Assembly: GCA_964545935.1 (NCBI GenBank)
Contig: CAZJIH010000001.1
Span: 10,805 to 74,804 of the forward strand
From: an uncultured Akkermansia sp.
Lineage (GTDB): Bacteria; Verrucomicrobiota; Verrucomicrobiia; Verrucomicrobiales; Akkermansiaceae
DNA: 64,000 nt
Reading direction: 5' to 3'
The notes below the pieces were generated by a model. It did not search any database. It was not told where the DNA came from and saw nothing but the letters and a program-made list of their open reading frames with translations. Positions within the stretch are counted from its first letter, which is position 1. Every line of letters begins with the position of its first letter. The position numbers were made by a program, and so were the translations under genes. Of the stretch, positions 1 to 8,934 are shown piece by piece.

Positions 1-320
1 ATTTGAGGAAGGAGAGCGGGCGGGTCCTGTAAGTCGGCATCCATGACAGCTACGTAATCTCCGCGAGCGTGTGAAAGACCGGCAAGGATAGCACTTTCTT
101 TGCCGAAGTTCCGCGAGAGGGAGAGGTAGTGAACCCAAGGATACTGAGCGGAGAGTTGCCGCAGGATGCGCAGGGTGTCGTCCGAACTGCCGTCGTTGAT
201 GAAGAGTAGCTCCGTGCGCACTCCGTCCGGCATGTCGGCAGTCACACGCTCGACCTCTGCCATGAAGGGAAGCAGAGCGGCACTTTCGTTGTAGCAGGGA
301 ACAACCAAGGAGAGTAACAT
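1..320 (-). CDS. Glycosyltransferase family 2, GtrB/ArnC-like (5' part only, runs off the left edge)
   Basis: Not in the ORF track. My translation from ATG at 320: MLLSLVVPCYNE...INDGSSDDT...LSRNFGKESAILAGL...VMDADLQDPP, the typical undecaprenyl-phosphate glycosyltransferase motifs. Confidence 0.9.
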   Translation of the reverse strand, partial: MLLSLVVPCYNESAALLPFMAEVERVTADMPDGVRTELLFINDGSSDDTLRILRQLSAQYPWVHYLSLSRNFGKESAILAGLSHARGDYVAVMDADLQDPPALLPQ

Positions 321-328
321 ATCGGAGA

Positions 329-2524
329 TCAACGGGGTTGTTTCTGCAGGAGAGTGTGGCGGTAGTTGCGAGCCTTTACGGTCCAGTCGTTGCCGGGCGG
401 TGGGGTATCCGCGTGGGTTACGATGTAGGTGCCGATGGGCAGAGAGTCGGGGGAGACCGAAAGGGTACGGGCGTGTCCCTGCGTGTAAAATTGGGCGGAG
501 TAAGTGGCGGGTTGAGCTTGGTAGTATACAGGCTGACCACCCTCGCAGTGCCCCATCAATTCCTTATCGCATCTGTAGTCTATAAAACGGAAACCGGAAC
601 CGATAACAAAGAGGACGGCAATGAGCAGCAGGGGAGCCGGCGATAGAAGGAGCAATCTCCACTGCAAACGTGCGTCGTCGCGTTTCCGTAGCAGCTCAAC
701 GAGTAGGATGCACCACGCCGGGAGAGCCGGTAGCACGTACGCCGGAAGGATATTGCGTGCCGGGGTAAAGAAGACGAGTGGGGTAAGCCCCCAAGCGAGG
801 AGGTAGATGCCCCATTTATCGGAGCTCGCCGACTGAGGGGTAGTCGAACGTCGGCGCAGGAGGAAGGGGATGAGCAGTACCCACGGGAGGAACATTTCCG
901 CGGCGTAGAGCCAGATCGTGCCGAGGGAGCGGGCGTGCCCCGAGCCATACAAATCGCCTTGCCACCCCGGCACGAGGAAGCGTTCGATGTGCTCCCCGAT
1001 CAGAAAGTACCGCAGAAACCCCGGGGTGGCATATTCCGCCGCTATGTACCACGGCAAAACGAGGAGCAGCATGAGCAGCGTACCCTTGATCCACGGAACG
1101 CGTTGCCAAGCGGATGCCCACCGGCGGCTCGCGAGTAACCACAGGAAAATGGGAACCCCGGTCAAAATGAGGGTGAGGGGCCCCTTACTGAGCAGACCGA
1201 TAGCAAGACCTACAAACAGGGTGTAGCGACTGAGAGTATGCCGGGACTCGGTTTGCATAAGCCGCCGAAATGATACGAGAGCAAGGGTGATGCCGAGGGT
1301 CAGGAAGGCATCCGTCATGACTGCCCCCGCCGCCACAAAACCGATACCGCTCGTGAACAAAACCACCATGCAGGCTATAGCACAAGGGAACCGGCGGACG
1401 CGAAACGGCCAAGCAAGAAAGCAGAGTCCGACCGTCAGCATGCAGATAAACGGAGCGATGCGGGCTCCGAATTCATTCACGCCGAATATCGACATTCCGA
1501 CGGCCGTTGCCCAGAAGGACAGCGGAGGCTTGCCCCAGAAAGGCACCCCGTAATCGAACTGCGGTTGCAGCCAGTGCCCGGTCTCTACCATTTTACGCGC
1601 CATCTCGGCATAACGCGCCTCGGTGGTGTCCATAAGCGGGTAAAGTCCCAGGGTGATGAGACGGAGAGACAGCACGAAAATCAACATGGAAACCAACCAT
1701 ACGTTGAAGGCACCGAAGCGTGCGCACAGTGATTGCCACGGTTGCTGCACAAGCGCAAGCGGCGCGTATTTTTCCGCTCCCATGCGCCGGCAAACTGTTC
1801 CGATCAATAGAAGCAAACCCAGCAGTATCAACACACCCAGACACGGCGGCGCAAAGATGAGGGTTAAATCCGGCATCCGCGTCATGGCAAATATTCCCCC
1901 GAAAAGTGAAATAAAACCATCGCGGAAGATTTCACTGACAGGCTGCTCCTGTTCGATACCGTGTGTGGCAAACATCAGCAGAAACCCGACACCGGCGACC
2001 GCCAAAGCTACCACCGTGCGATGTACGCCGGAAGGTATGTCCGCTCGGTTCGCATGCAAATATCTACGAAATAACAAAAAACTCAGCACAACCACCGTGA
2101 GGGTGACTACGATGCCTACACCGAAGTACGGGAAATGAAGGAAGTGATTCCAAGCGACCGAAGGGGTGCGGATGAGTTCGCTGCTGACCAAGCGGAAGGA
2201 ATCACCGGAGAGGACTTCCGCTAATTCTTCTAAGCCGTTAATGAGACAGAAGACAGCGAAGAGCACCTGCGAAACGACGCGGTCGGCGGTGCATCCGTGA
2301 AATGCTGCCGGGAGTGCCGCTAGGTAGATGAGGTACGGCAGGATGCAAAAGCAAAAAGCAGCTAAAGTGCCTCCCACAAAGATGATGATATCGATAATGC
2401 CCGTAAGTTCGCCGGTGCCGGAGCCGGTAAGTTCTAACAAACTCACTTCTATGAGCTCATAAAGCAGGTAAATGATAAAAAAGGTAAAGAGACGCTTGCT
2501 GTAATACGATGAAATGCCGAGCAT
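329..2524 (-). CDS. ArnT/PMT-like (GT-C) membrane glycosyltransferase with an extra N-terminal membrane region
   Basis: DTTEARYAEMARKM, FWGKPPLSFW, LSKGP and HIERF motifs; many TM segments; next to GtrA and GT2 genes. Confidence 0.85.
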   Translation of the reverse strand: MLGISSYYSKRLFTFFIIYLLYELIEVSLLELTGSGTGELTGIIDIIIFVGGTLAAFCFCILPYLIYLAALPAAFHGCTADRVVSQVLFAVFCLINGLEELAEVLSGDSFRLVSSELIRTPSVAWNHFLHFPYFGVGIVVTLTVVVLSFLLFRRYLHANRADIPSGVHRTVVALAVAGVGFLLMFATHGIEQEQPVSEIFRDGFISLFGGIFAMTRMPDLTLIFAPPCLGVLILLGLLLLIGTVCRRMGAEKYAPLALVQQPWQSLCARFGAFNVWLVSMLIFVLSLRLITLGLYPLMDTTEARYAEMARKMVETGHWLQPQFDYGVPFWGKPPLSFWATAVGMSIFGVNEFGARIAPFICMLTVGLCFLAWPFRVRRFPCAIACMVVLFTSGIGFVAAGAVMTDAFLTLGITLALVSFRRLMQTESRHTLSRYTLFVGLAIGLLSKGPLTLILTGVPIFLWLLASRRWASAWQRVPWIKGTLLMLLLVLPWYIAAEYATPGFLRYFLIGEHIERFLVPGWQGDLYGSGHARSLGTIWLYAAEMFLPWVLLIPFLLRRRSTTPQSASSDKWGIYLLAWGLTPLVFFTPARNILPAYVLPALPAWCILLVELLRKRDDARLQWRLLLLSPAPLLLIAVLFVIGSGFRFIDYRCDKELMGHCEGGQPVYYQAQPATYSAQFYTQGHARTLSVSPDSLPIGTYIVTHADTPPPGNDWTVKARNYRHTLLQKQPR

Positions 2525-2603
2525 ATATGTCAGTTAGATGGTGAATGTGTGGTCTGTGTTCAAAAAATGTTTAGTTTTTTCCGGTCGGAACGGCGACGCG
2601 GGT

Positions 2604-3080
2604 TCAGTGTGTCAGGGAGAAACGAACCAGGAGGAAGTTGACCGGGACAACGATGAAGAAGATAGGCAACGGCAGCCACACAGCCGCATCCCCGAGCAAG
2701 GGTACCGCTTCTATCAGCCACGGACATATCGCCCGCAGACACCGTACCAGCATCTGCCCCACGTTGAGCCACAAAAAGAGGTTTAACAAGGCTATGTGCA
2801 ATATGTAGCTAACCGCGTGACTGAACACAAACCCGATTCCTTTTCCTATACTGCCCTGAGTATGAAAGGTGTACCTGAGTGAAAGCCGATAGTTGAAGAG
2901 CATACTTGTCGCATACCCGAAGGAATAAGCTACCGCGAGCCCGAAACCATCCGTCTCGCCTATATCAAAAATTACTTTTATGAGTGTGTAGAGTACCCAG
3001 TGTATCAGTGTCGCCACTACCCCTACAACCACAAAACGTACCATCTGCCGCATCGCTCCTATGTCTTCCGCGTCCCGCAT
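2604..3080 (-). CDS. GtrA-family flippase-like membrane protein
   Basis: VRFVVVGVVATLIH...FNYRLSLRYTF...PVNFLL. Start taken as ATG 3080 (alternative 3053), downstream of TTGACA-17-TAGAAT. Confidence 0.85.
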   Translation of the reverse strand: MRDAEDIGAMRQMVRFVVVGVVATLIHWVLYTLIKVIFDIGETDGFGLAVAYSFGYATSMLFNYRLSLRYTFHTQGSIGKGIGFVFSHAVSYILHIALLNLFLWLNVGQMLVRCLRAICPWLIEAVPLLGDAAVWLPLPIFFIVVPVNFLLVRFSLTH

Positions 3081-3090
3081 ACCCGCGCCT

Positions 3091-3119
3091 ATTCTACCAT
3101 ACCCCCGGGCATGTGTCAA
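3091..3119 (-). promoter_or_regulatory. Sigma70-type promoter of the gtrA-arnT-GT2 cluster
   Basis: Minus strand TTGACA-17 nt-TAGAAT. Confidence 0.6.
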
Positions 3120-3230
3120 TCCGCAATGGGAGAACCACCCGCGTTTCCCCGCGCCCCGGGCATCGTTCAGCGCCGGACATCCGTTTTTCTCGGGGCAGGC
3201 GCACCGGTCTGCCGCGCATCGATAAACGGG

Positions 3231-3258
3231 TTGACAATAGATGTGCGCATGGTACAAT
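3231..3258 (+). promoter_or_regulatory. Sigma70-type promoter of bioB (probably leaderless)
   Basis: TTGACA-16 nt-TACAAT, 7 nt before ATG 3266. Confidence 0.65.
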
Positions 3259-3265
3259 GGCGGGG

Positions 3266-4228
3266 ATGAGGGACGAGATACAACGAATCATAGACGCGGG
3301 TGGGGTAGACCGAGTGGGTGCCGGTCGGCTGATTGCTATGCCGGAGAGTGAGTTATTTACCGGGGCAACTGAACTGCGTGAGCATTACTTCGGGAATGAG
3401 ATTGAGATTTGCTTCATCATCAATGCCAAGAGCGGCAACTGCAACATGAATTGCAGCTTCTGTTCTCAAAGTGCTTTCAACCACACGGAAATCGAAAAAT
3501 ACCCGTTCAGGAGTGAGGCTGAATTGGAGGAAAGTGTGAGCGCATGGGAGGGGTTGCCTGTGGAACGCTGCGGTATAGTTACCTCCGGCGGTGCCCTGAG
3601 CGACGACGATACGGAAAAGCTGGCACGCTTTATCGAAGCGCGGCGAAGGGCAGGTAAAACGACGCCGAAGATATGCGGTTCCCTCGGGCGTCTCGGAAAG
3701 CATGCCATCGAACGCCTGAAAAAAGCCGGACTGACACGTCTGCACCACAACCTTGAGACCAATGAGTCCTTTTACCCCAACGTATGTACCACACAAACAT
3801 GGCGTGAGCGTCTCGAGACCGTACGACGCGCAATGGCTGCCGGTCTATCGGTTTGTTGCGGTGGGTTGTTCGGTCTCGGCGAAACATGGGATGACCGAAT
3901 CAGTTTCGCTCTGGAATTGCGTCGAGAGGGCATCCGAAATATTCCGATGAACTTCCTTTACCCCCACCCCGGTACCCCGATGGAAGCTCAACCGGTTATG
4001 CCCCCGGAGGAAGCACTGCGCATCATCGCTCTCTTCCGTTACATCATTCCGGATGCCACCCTGCGTATATGCGGCGGTCGTGTGAGTGTGCTGAAACACC
4101 GTCAATACGAAATGTTCGCCGCCGGCGCAAACGCTATGATGAGCGGTAATTACCTGACCATTCCCGGCATGTCAATCGAAAAGGATATCGCCGAATTACA
4201 TAAATTACACCTTGCGGTTTCCGGTTGA
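3266..4228 (+). CDS. bioB: Biotin synthase (radical SAM)
   Basis: INAKSGNCNMNCSFCSQS (CxxxCxxC), HHNLET, CCGGLFGLGE, GNYLT. Start reassigned from 2984 to 3266. Confidence 0.95.
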   Translation: MRDEIQRIIDAGGVDRVGAGRLIAMPESELFTGATELREHYFGNEIEICFIINAKSGNCNMNCSFCSQSAFNHTEIEKYPFRSEAELEESVSAWEGLPVERCGIVTSGGALSDDDTEKLARFIEARRRAGKTTPKICGSLGRLGKHAIERLKKAGLTRLHHNLETNESFYPNVCTTQTWRERLETVRRAMAAGLSVCCGGLFGLGETWDDRISFALELRREGIRNIPMNFLYPHPGTPMEAQPVMPPEEALRIIALFRYIIPDATLRICGGRVSVLKHRQYEMFAAGANAMMSGNYLTIPGMSIEKDIAELHKLHLAVSG

Positions 4229-4335
4229 AATTCCGGTACGGCGGGGAGGGTCGATGTACATCGCAGAAGGGCACGTAAGCATCGCGGGGAGGATACCTGC
4301 ACCCGTGAGGCGGCAACAGACACGGAGTGTGTGAC

Positions 4336-4368
4336 AAAAGGCGGCACCCCCGCAAGAGGATACCGCCT
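4336..4368 (-). terminator. Intrinsic terminator of the beta-barrel gene
   Basis: Minus strand AGGCGGTATCCTC-TTGC-GGGGGTGCCGCCT-TTT: 13-bp stem with GU pairs, followed by a short U run. Confidence 0.7.
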
Positions 4369-4392
4369 GCAATTCTGTGCCTACGCGGTCAG

Positions 4393-5055
4393 TTAGAATT
4401 GGCAGCTGTAACCGGCGCGGACGCCGAGTTGTAGTTGGCTATCGGATTCACCCCCAAAGTATTTAAAGTAGGGCTGAGCACACAATCCCTGCAATTGGAG
4501 AGCAAGTGTCAGTTTGCCGTTTACAAACATTTTCTGGGTGATGCCGACCTCCGTGCTCCACGCAAAATTCCATTCATTTTCTTTCTCACTTGCGGAAAAG
4601 ATGCCTCGAAATGTGTTCACTGTCTCTGTCGCTTCAACCTCAGTCCGTACCAAACCGGCATTGGCTCCGCAGAAGAAGTCCATCGAGTCTGTCACAGCAG
4701 TCGTGTATCGGTAACCGGGCATGATCGTGATGTTGGTGACCTCTGCCTTCCAGTTTTCATAGATGTAACCGCCTTCATACTCATAGTCAGCGATATTGTC
4801 GTCGTTATCACCGGTTGCCCAGCCGAAGCGTAGGTTGACGGAGTTATGTTTGTCGATTCTGTAAACAGCTGTGAGGTCCAGTCCGTACGTGTCTACCTTA
4901 AATCCGCCGCTACCCTCAATGTCCGCAATGTCTTTCAATGCGAAGTTGTAGGCTCCATTCACCTCCAGTCCGAAACCTTTTTCGGTATTTTCAGCGGCAC
5001 CGCATGTTGCACCAAGCGCAACACACGCCATCAATGTAATTACTGTCTTTTTCAT
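4393..5055 (-). CDS. Outer-membrane beta-barrel protein (small 8-stranded type)
   Basis: Signal peptide, alternating amphipathic strands, C-terminal GVRAGYSCQF with terminal Phe. Confidence 0.8.
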   Translation of the reverse strand: MKKTVITLMACVALGATCGAAENTEKGFGLEVNGAYNFALKDIADIEGSGGFKVDTYGLDLTAVYRIDKHNSVNLRFGWATGDNDDNIADYEYEGGYIYENWKAEVTNITIMPGYRYTTAVTDSMDFFCGANAGLVRTEVEATETVNTFRGIFSASEKENEWNFAWSTEVGITQKMFVNGKLTLALQLQGLCAQPYFKYFGGESDSQLQLGVRAGYSCQF

Positions 5056-5082
5056 AATGTAAGTGTCAAAGTTGACAGGGCT

Positions 5083-5263
5083 ATTATACGTATTTTGAAC
5101 ACGTATCTCTAGCCGGATAACCTATTCATATTAAATAAACAATGAAATGACAACATAATCGAATCCCTGCGCAACAAAAAATACTCCCATTCCCTACACC
5201 TTCGTAATAAAAAAGAAAAAAATCAAAAAAAGCCTTGACGCACGTATTCAAAATACGTATACC
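5083..5263. promoter_or_regulatory. Divergent promoter pair, each containing the palindromic operator ACGTATT-N3-AA(T/C)ACGT
   Basis: Boxes at 5088-5104 and 5242-5258. Minus promoter TAGAGA-17-TATAAT (5111-5083); plus promoter TTGACG-17-TATACC (5235-5263). Confidence 0.6.
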
Positions 5264-5269
5264 CCCCTG

Positions 5270-5410
5270 TGCATCCTCTAATGACACGGGGCGCAACAAG
5301 GTTGAATCATAACTATTGAGTACTTCTAAAAACAACTAGTTCTCGTGCGAAGGGGCATCGTGCCTATCACTCGGATTAGGCGAAGTTCCTTTGACCGACT
5401 CGCAGTGCTT
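5270..5410 (+). ncRNA. Candidate structured small RNA
   Basis: Downstream of the plus-strand promoter with no sizeable ORF; nested stems TGCGA/TCGCA, AGGGGC/GTTCCT, GCCTA/TAGGC at 5346-5404. Confidence 0.3.
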
Positions 5411-5756
5411 ACTGTGTTATAAAACATAATGCATTTAATTTCTGTAAGTTACATAATGATAATCAATGCAAAGATATGCTCATAAGGCATATGGGAACAG
5501 TTTTCTTTAGCAGGTTTACACACCGTTTTTGCAGGAACCGACCATGTTTTCCCGTAAAAAGGAGAGTTTTTAGAAGTACCCGGCAATCTGAAGAACGATG
5601 TTACCCTGAAAGGCGGTAGGTTGGCGGTCGGCGGGGCGGGGCAAAAGATTACGGGAATTGAGAAGTTTACCGAGACAGGTGTGATGTCCGTCCCAATAAA
5701 AATGTTTGTCTAACGGTACGAAGTCATAGTGTATACATCCTATTGACCAACGAGTG

Positions 5757-8700
5757 TTAAAGGTTGTATCGCTCATCTTCCAAGTCTCCCTCTTTCCCGG
5801 AAGAGAGGACAAAGCGGTAGAGCAAGTCATCCGTCTTTCGACTCACTTCGTGCGGGAGGAGGGTGGTGTGTTCTTGGGCTTCAAAGAAAGCCTCTGCTTT
5901 GTCAAGGTTGACCGAGTTGACGAGCCTTTTGAAAAGACCGTTCTGACCGAGGTTAGATTCATTCGGGTGGACGGCGAGGAGCTTACGGAGCAAGGATTCG
6001 TCCACACCGAGGGCATTGACGAGTTTTCGGATGCGGTCACTTTTGGCGTGGGCGACGTACTCGGCGATATATTCGCGGAAGGATTTGCCCGGCTGCAACT
6101 TGGCAGAGCCATTATCCAAGTCACGCAGGAAGATATCGCCGTATTTTTGTTCTTCTTGGCTGAGGGCGGCGAATTCGCGGTGCAAGTCGTTGCGGACTTT
6201 CTCTTTTTCTTCCGGGGAGACCGAATCATCATTCAGCACACGCAGGTACTTCTGAAAGCCGGAATTGAGCATATCGGCATCAATTTTCCCCGTGTCAATC
6301 TCTGTCAGGTAACCCTCCACCTCGTAAGGCACATCCTCCGGCTTATCCTGCTTTTCGCGCTGTTGAAAGAGCTCCTTGTAGCGTTTCGCCAGAATCAGGT
6401 ACGTAGTTTCATCCAAGAGCGTATCCTCGTACACACGCTCCTCTGTCTCATAGCGTTGTTGTTCCCAAGTGAAGCCTTGGATTTTGCACGCCTCCAGAGC
6501 TTCCGTGAGCACCCGAAAGAGCTTCGCGAAACAGCCCCGAGCCCCCGAGTCCTCCGGCAGAGACATAAACGCCTCCACGCCCGCGTCCGCGAAGATGTCC
6601 TGAATTCGGAGGAACGTTTCATTTAAGCGACGCAGGTTTCCGGGGAGGTGATCCACAAAGAGTCCGGTCGGTTTATTGCCGGAGTAAAGGGCGACCGCTT
6701 CATCGATGTTCTTTTCCATCGTGAACGGTTTGCGGAAGTAGTAGATATTGCCGAAAGGCTTTTCCGGACCGAACAGGCGATTCGTGCGCGAAAACGCCTG
6801 AATCACCCTGTCGTACGTGAGACATTTGTCCAGATAGAGCGTATTGATCCACTTAGAATCGAAGCCGGTGAGCATCTGGTCCACCACCACGAGCAAGTCC
6901 AGTACCTTCTCCGGTTCGCGGGCGATATGCTTGTGCACCCCCTTGTGCGCGAGCCGGTAAGAGAGGTCTCTTTTGAAGGCGTTGTACGAGCTGAGCGCGT
7001 AATTTGTTCCGAACCATTCATTGTAATCACGGATGACCCGTGCCGTGTCCGCGTCCCGCCGGATACTCATCTCCGCGTCTGAGAGGTCGGTATAGACTTC
7101 ATACAGGGCGGACACCTTCAATGACGGGAGCTCCTCACGGATGCGGTTATAGTATTCGATGGCTTCGGGGATGCTGCTCGTTGCCAAGATGGCGTGGAAT
7201 TTGCCCCCGCGACTCAGGCGAAGCCGGTTTTCACGTATACAACGCACCACGGTCTCTTGATGCTCCCTGCGTCTGTACTGTCCGGACGGCAACAGGTCTT
7301 CTATACCCTTCACCCACGCGCCGGTCTCGTCCCCCTCGCCGGCCATGAGCACCTCCTCCGTGTAGTGGTAAAATGTCTTCGCCTTAGTGGGGTTCGCCAG
7401 TGCCTCCTCCTCCGTATCGACCTTAGCTTTTTCTAAGGCAACCGCTTTCCTCAAATCCGTTTCCTTGTACGTTTGCACTTGGTGTACATCGAAGCCCAGC
7501 ACGTTTTTATCGCGTATGCCGTCCGCAATGCTGTAGCGATGCAGCTCATCGCCGAATACCTCCGCGAGGGTCAGCCCCTTCTTTTTGTTTTCCTCGAAGA
7601 TGGGAGTTCCGGTGAAGCCGAAAAACAATGCTCTCGGCAGGGTATTTTTGATCGTGCAGAGCATATCACCGAACGTCGATCGGTGCGCCTCATCCACCAC
7701 AAAAACGATGCGCTTTTTGTTGATCTTCTCCAAGTCAGCAGCCTTGGCTCCGTCCTCTCTCACGCGGCTCATCTTCTGGATGGATGTCACAATGAGCGTA
7801 TCATCCGGTGCCTCACTCTTCAGTTTACCGATCAACACTTGGGTGTCCTCCGTGCCTTGAACTTCGACCTCGTCGCCCGCGAAATTTCGGTATTCGTTGA
7901 GCGACTGTGTACCGAGTTCCACACGATCCGTCAGGAACACCACCTTGTCGGCATCCCGCGAGACCGCGATGAGCTGCGCGGACTTAAAGCTCGTCATCGT
8001 CTTGCCGCTCCCCGTCGTGTGCCAAATGTACCCGCCGAGTTGCTTCCCCTCTTCCCAGTGGTGCTTTGCTACCCTGTCGGAAATGGCGTGTGCCGCGTAG
8101 TACTGGTAGCTGCGCATCACCTTCAGCACTCCGTCCGTGCGGTCCGCCACTGTATAGAAGCCGAGCAGTTGGTGCGCCATCGGAATCGAGAGCAGCTTAT
8201 CCGTGATCTCCCGCCAGTCGTTGATGGGCTCGTTGTTGGGATCCGCCCAGTGAAAATAGTAGGCGGTGTTGAACTTTCCCCCGTTGCCGGGGTTCGCAAA
8301 GTACACCGTCTCCTCCGGCGTCATCGCCACAAATATCTGCACCAAGGAAAATAAACCGGTGAACACATCCTCGCGACTGTACCGCTCAATCTGGTTGTAC
8401 GCCTGACTCACGGGTATCCCGCTCCGCTTCAGTTCGATGTGGAAAATGGGCATCCCGTTGATCAGCAGCATGATGTCTCCCCGCCGATCCCTCTGCTCCA
8501 GGCTCTTGCGGCGAAATTGCGGCTGCCGTACAATTTGGTAGCGGCTCCTCCCCGCCGCTATCTCCTGCCGATCGTAGATCTTCAGATAGACCTCCTTGCC
8601 GAAATTCTGCTTGTCCTCCGGATTATCCCGCCTGATAACCACTGTCTTCCCGTTGATGAACTCATTCAACCGGCAGGGTGTCCCCAGATAGCGAATCTTT

Positions 8701-8906
8701 TCGAGCAACTGCCCCATCTCTGTCTCCGTCAGCCGACACCCATTCAACTTCCCGCTCTGCTTGTTGTTTTCGTAGAGTATCTCTGCCCAGTTCTGTACCA
8801 AATCCTCCTCCGTCGGATACTCCAGCACCTCCGCCTCCCACCCCTTCTCCGGCAGTAACTCGCAAAACGCGTCCTCAAAGGCTTTCTCGTGGTCGTATTG
8901 TGTCAT
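5757..8906 (-). CDS. hsdR: Type I restriction endonuclease subunit R
   Basis: GDIMLLINGMPIFHIELK nuclease motif, HTTGSGKT Walker A, DEAHR, FTGTP, LTGFD, QAFSRTNR. Start taken as MTQYDHE (8906); ORF track start 8942. Confidence 0.95.
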   Translation of the reverse strand: MTQYDHEKAFEDAFCELLPEKGWEAEVLEYPTEEDLVQNWAEILYENNKQSGKLNGCRLTETEMGQLLEKIRYLGTPCRLNEFINGKTVVIRRDNPEDKQNFGKEVYLKIYDRQEIAAGRSRYQIVRQPQFRRKSLEQRDRRGDIMLLINGMPIFHIELKRSGIPVSQAYNQIERYSREDVFTGLFSLVQIFVAMTPEETVYFANPGNGGKFNTAYYFHWADPNNEPINDWREITDKLLSIPMAHQLLGFYTVADRTDGVLKVMRSYQYYAAHAISDRVAKHHWEEGKQLGGYIWHTTGSGKTMTSFKSAQLIAVSRDADKVVFLTDRVELGTQSLNEYRNFAGDEVEVQGTEDTQVLIGKLKSEAPDDTLIVTSIQKMSRVREDGAKAADLEKINKKRIVFVVDEAHRSTFGDMLCTIKNTLPRALFFGFTGTPIFEENKKKGLTLAEVFGDELHRYSIADGIRDKNVLGFDVHQVQTYKETDLRKAVALEKAKVDTEEEALANPTKAKTFYHYTEEVLMAGEGDETGAWVKGIEDLLPSGQYRRREHQETVVRCIRENRLRLSRGGKFHAILATSSIPEAIEYYNRIREELPSLKVSALYEVYTDLSDAEMSIRRDADTARVIRDYNEWFGTNYALSSYNAFKRDLSYRLAHKGVHKHIAREPEKVLDLLVVVDQMLTGFDSKWINTLYLDKCLTYDRVIQAFSRTNRLFGPEKPFGNIYYFRKPFTMEKNIDEAVALYSGNKPTGLFVDHLPGNLRRLNETFLRIQDIFADAGVEAFMSLPEDSGARGCFAKLFRVLTEALEACKIQGFTWEQQRYETEERVYEDTLLDETTYLILAKRYKELFQQREKQDKPEDVPYEVEGYLTEIDTGKIDADMLNSGFQKYLRVLNDDSVSPEEKEKVRNDLHREFAALSQEEQKYGDIFLRDLDNGSAKLQPGKSFREYIAEYVAHAKSDRIRKLVNALGVDESLLRKLLAVHPNESNLGQNGLFKRLVNSVNLDKAEAFFEAQEHTTLLPHEVSRKTDDLLYRFVLSSGKEGDLEDERYNL

Positions 8907-8934
8907 TTCTGTGTTTCTTTCTTTTCGCTCTGCA

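Noticed and set aside
2984-3265. N-terminal extension of BioB in the ORF track
   Set aside because: Overlaps the divergent gtrA gene and promoters; the BioB-like sequence and a promoter point to a start at 3266.
5418-5445. dif-like site (minus-strand TTATGTTTTAT resembles a XerD arm)
   Set aside because: The putative XerC arm does not match; likely chance in AT-rich DNA.
5754-8354. Long plus-strand ORFs (290 aa and 293 aa) opposite hsdR, and similar ones opposite clpB and the methyltransferase
   Set aside because: Antisense shadow frames of GC-rich genes with no recognisable motifs.
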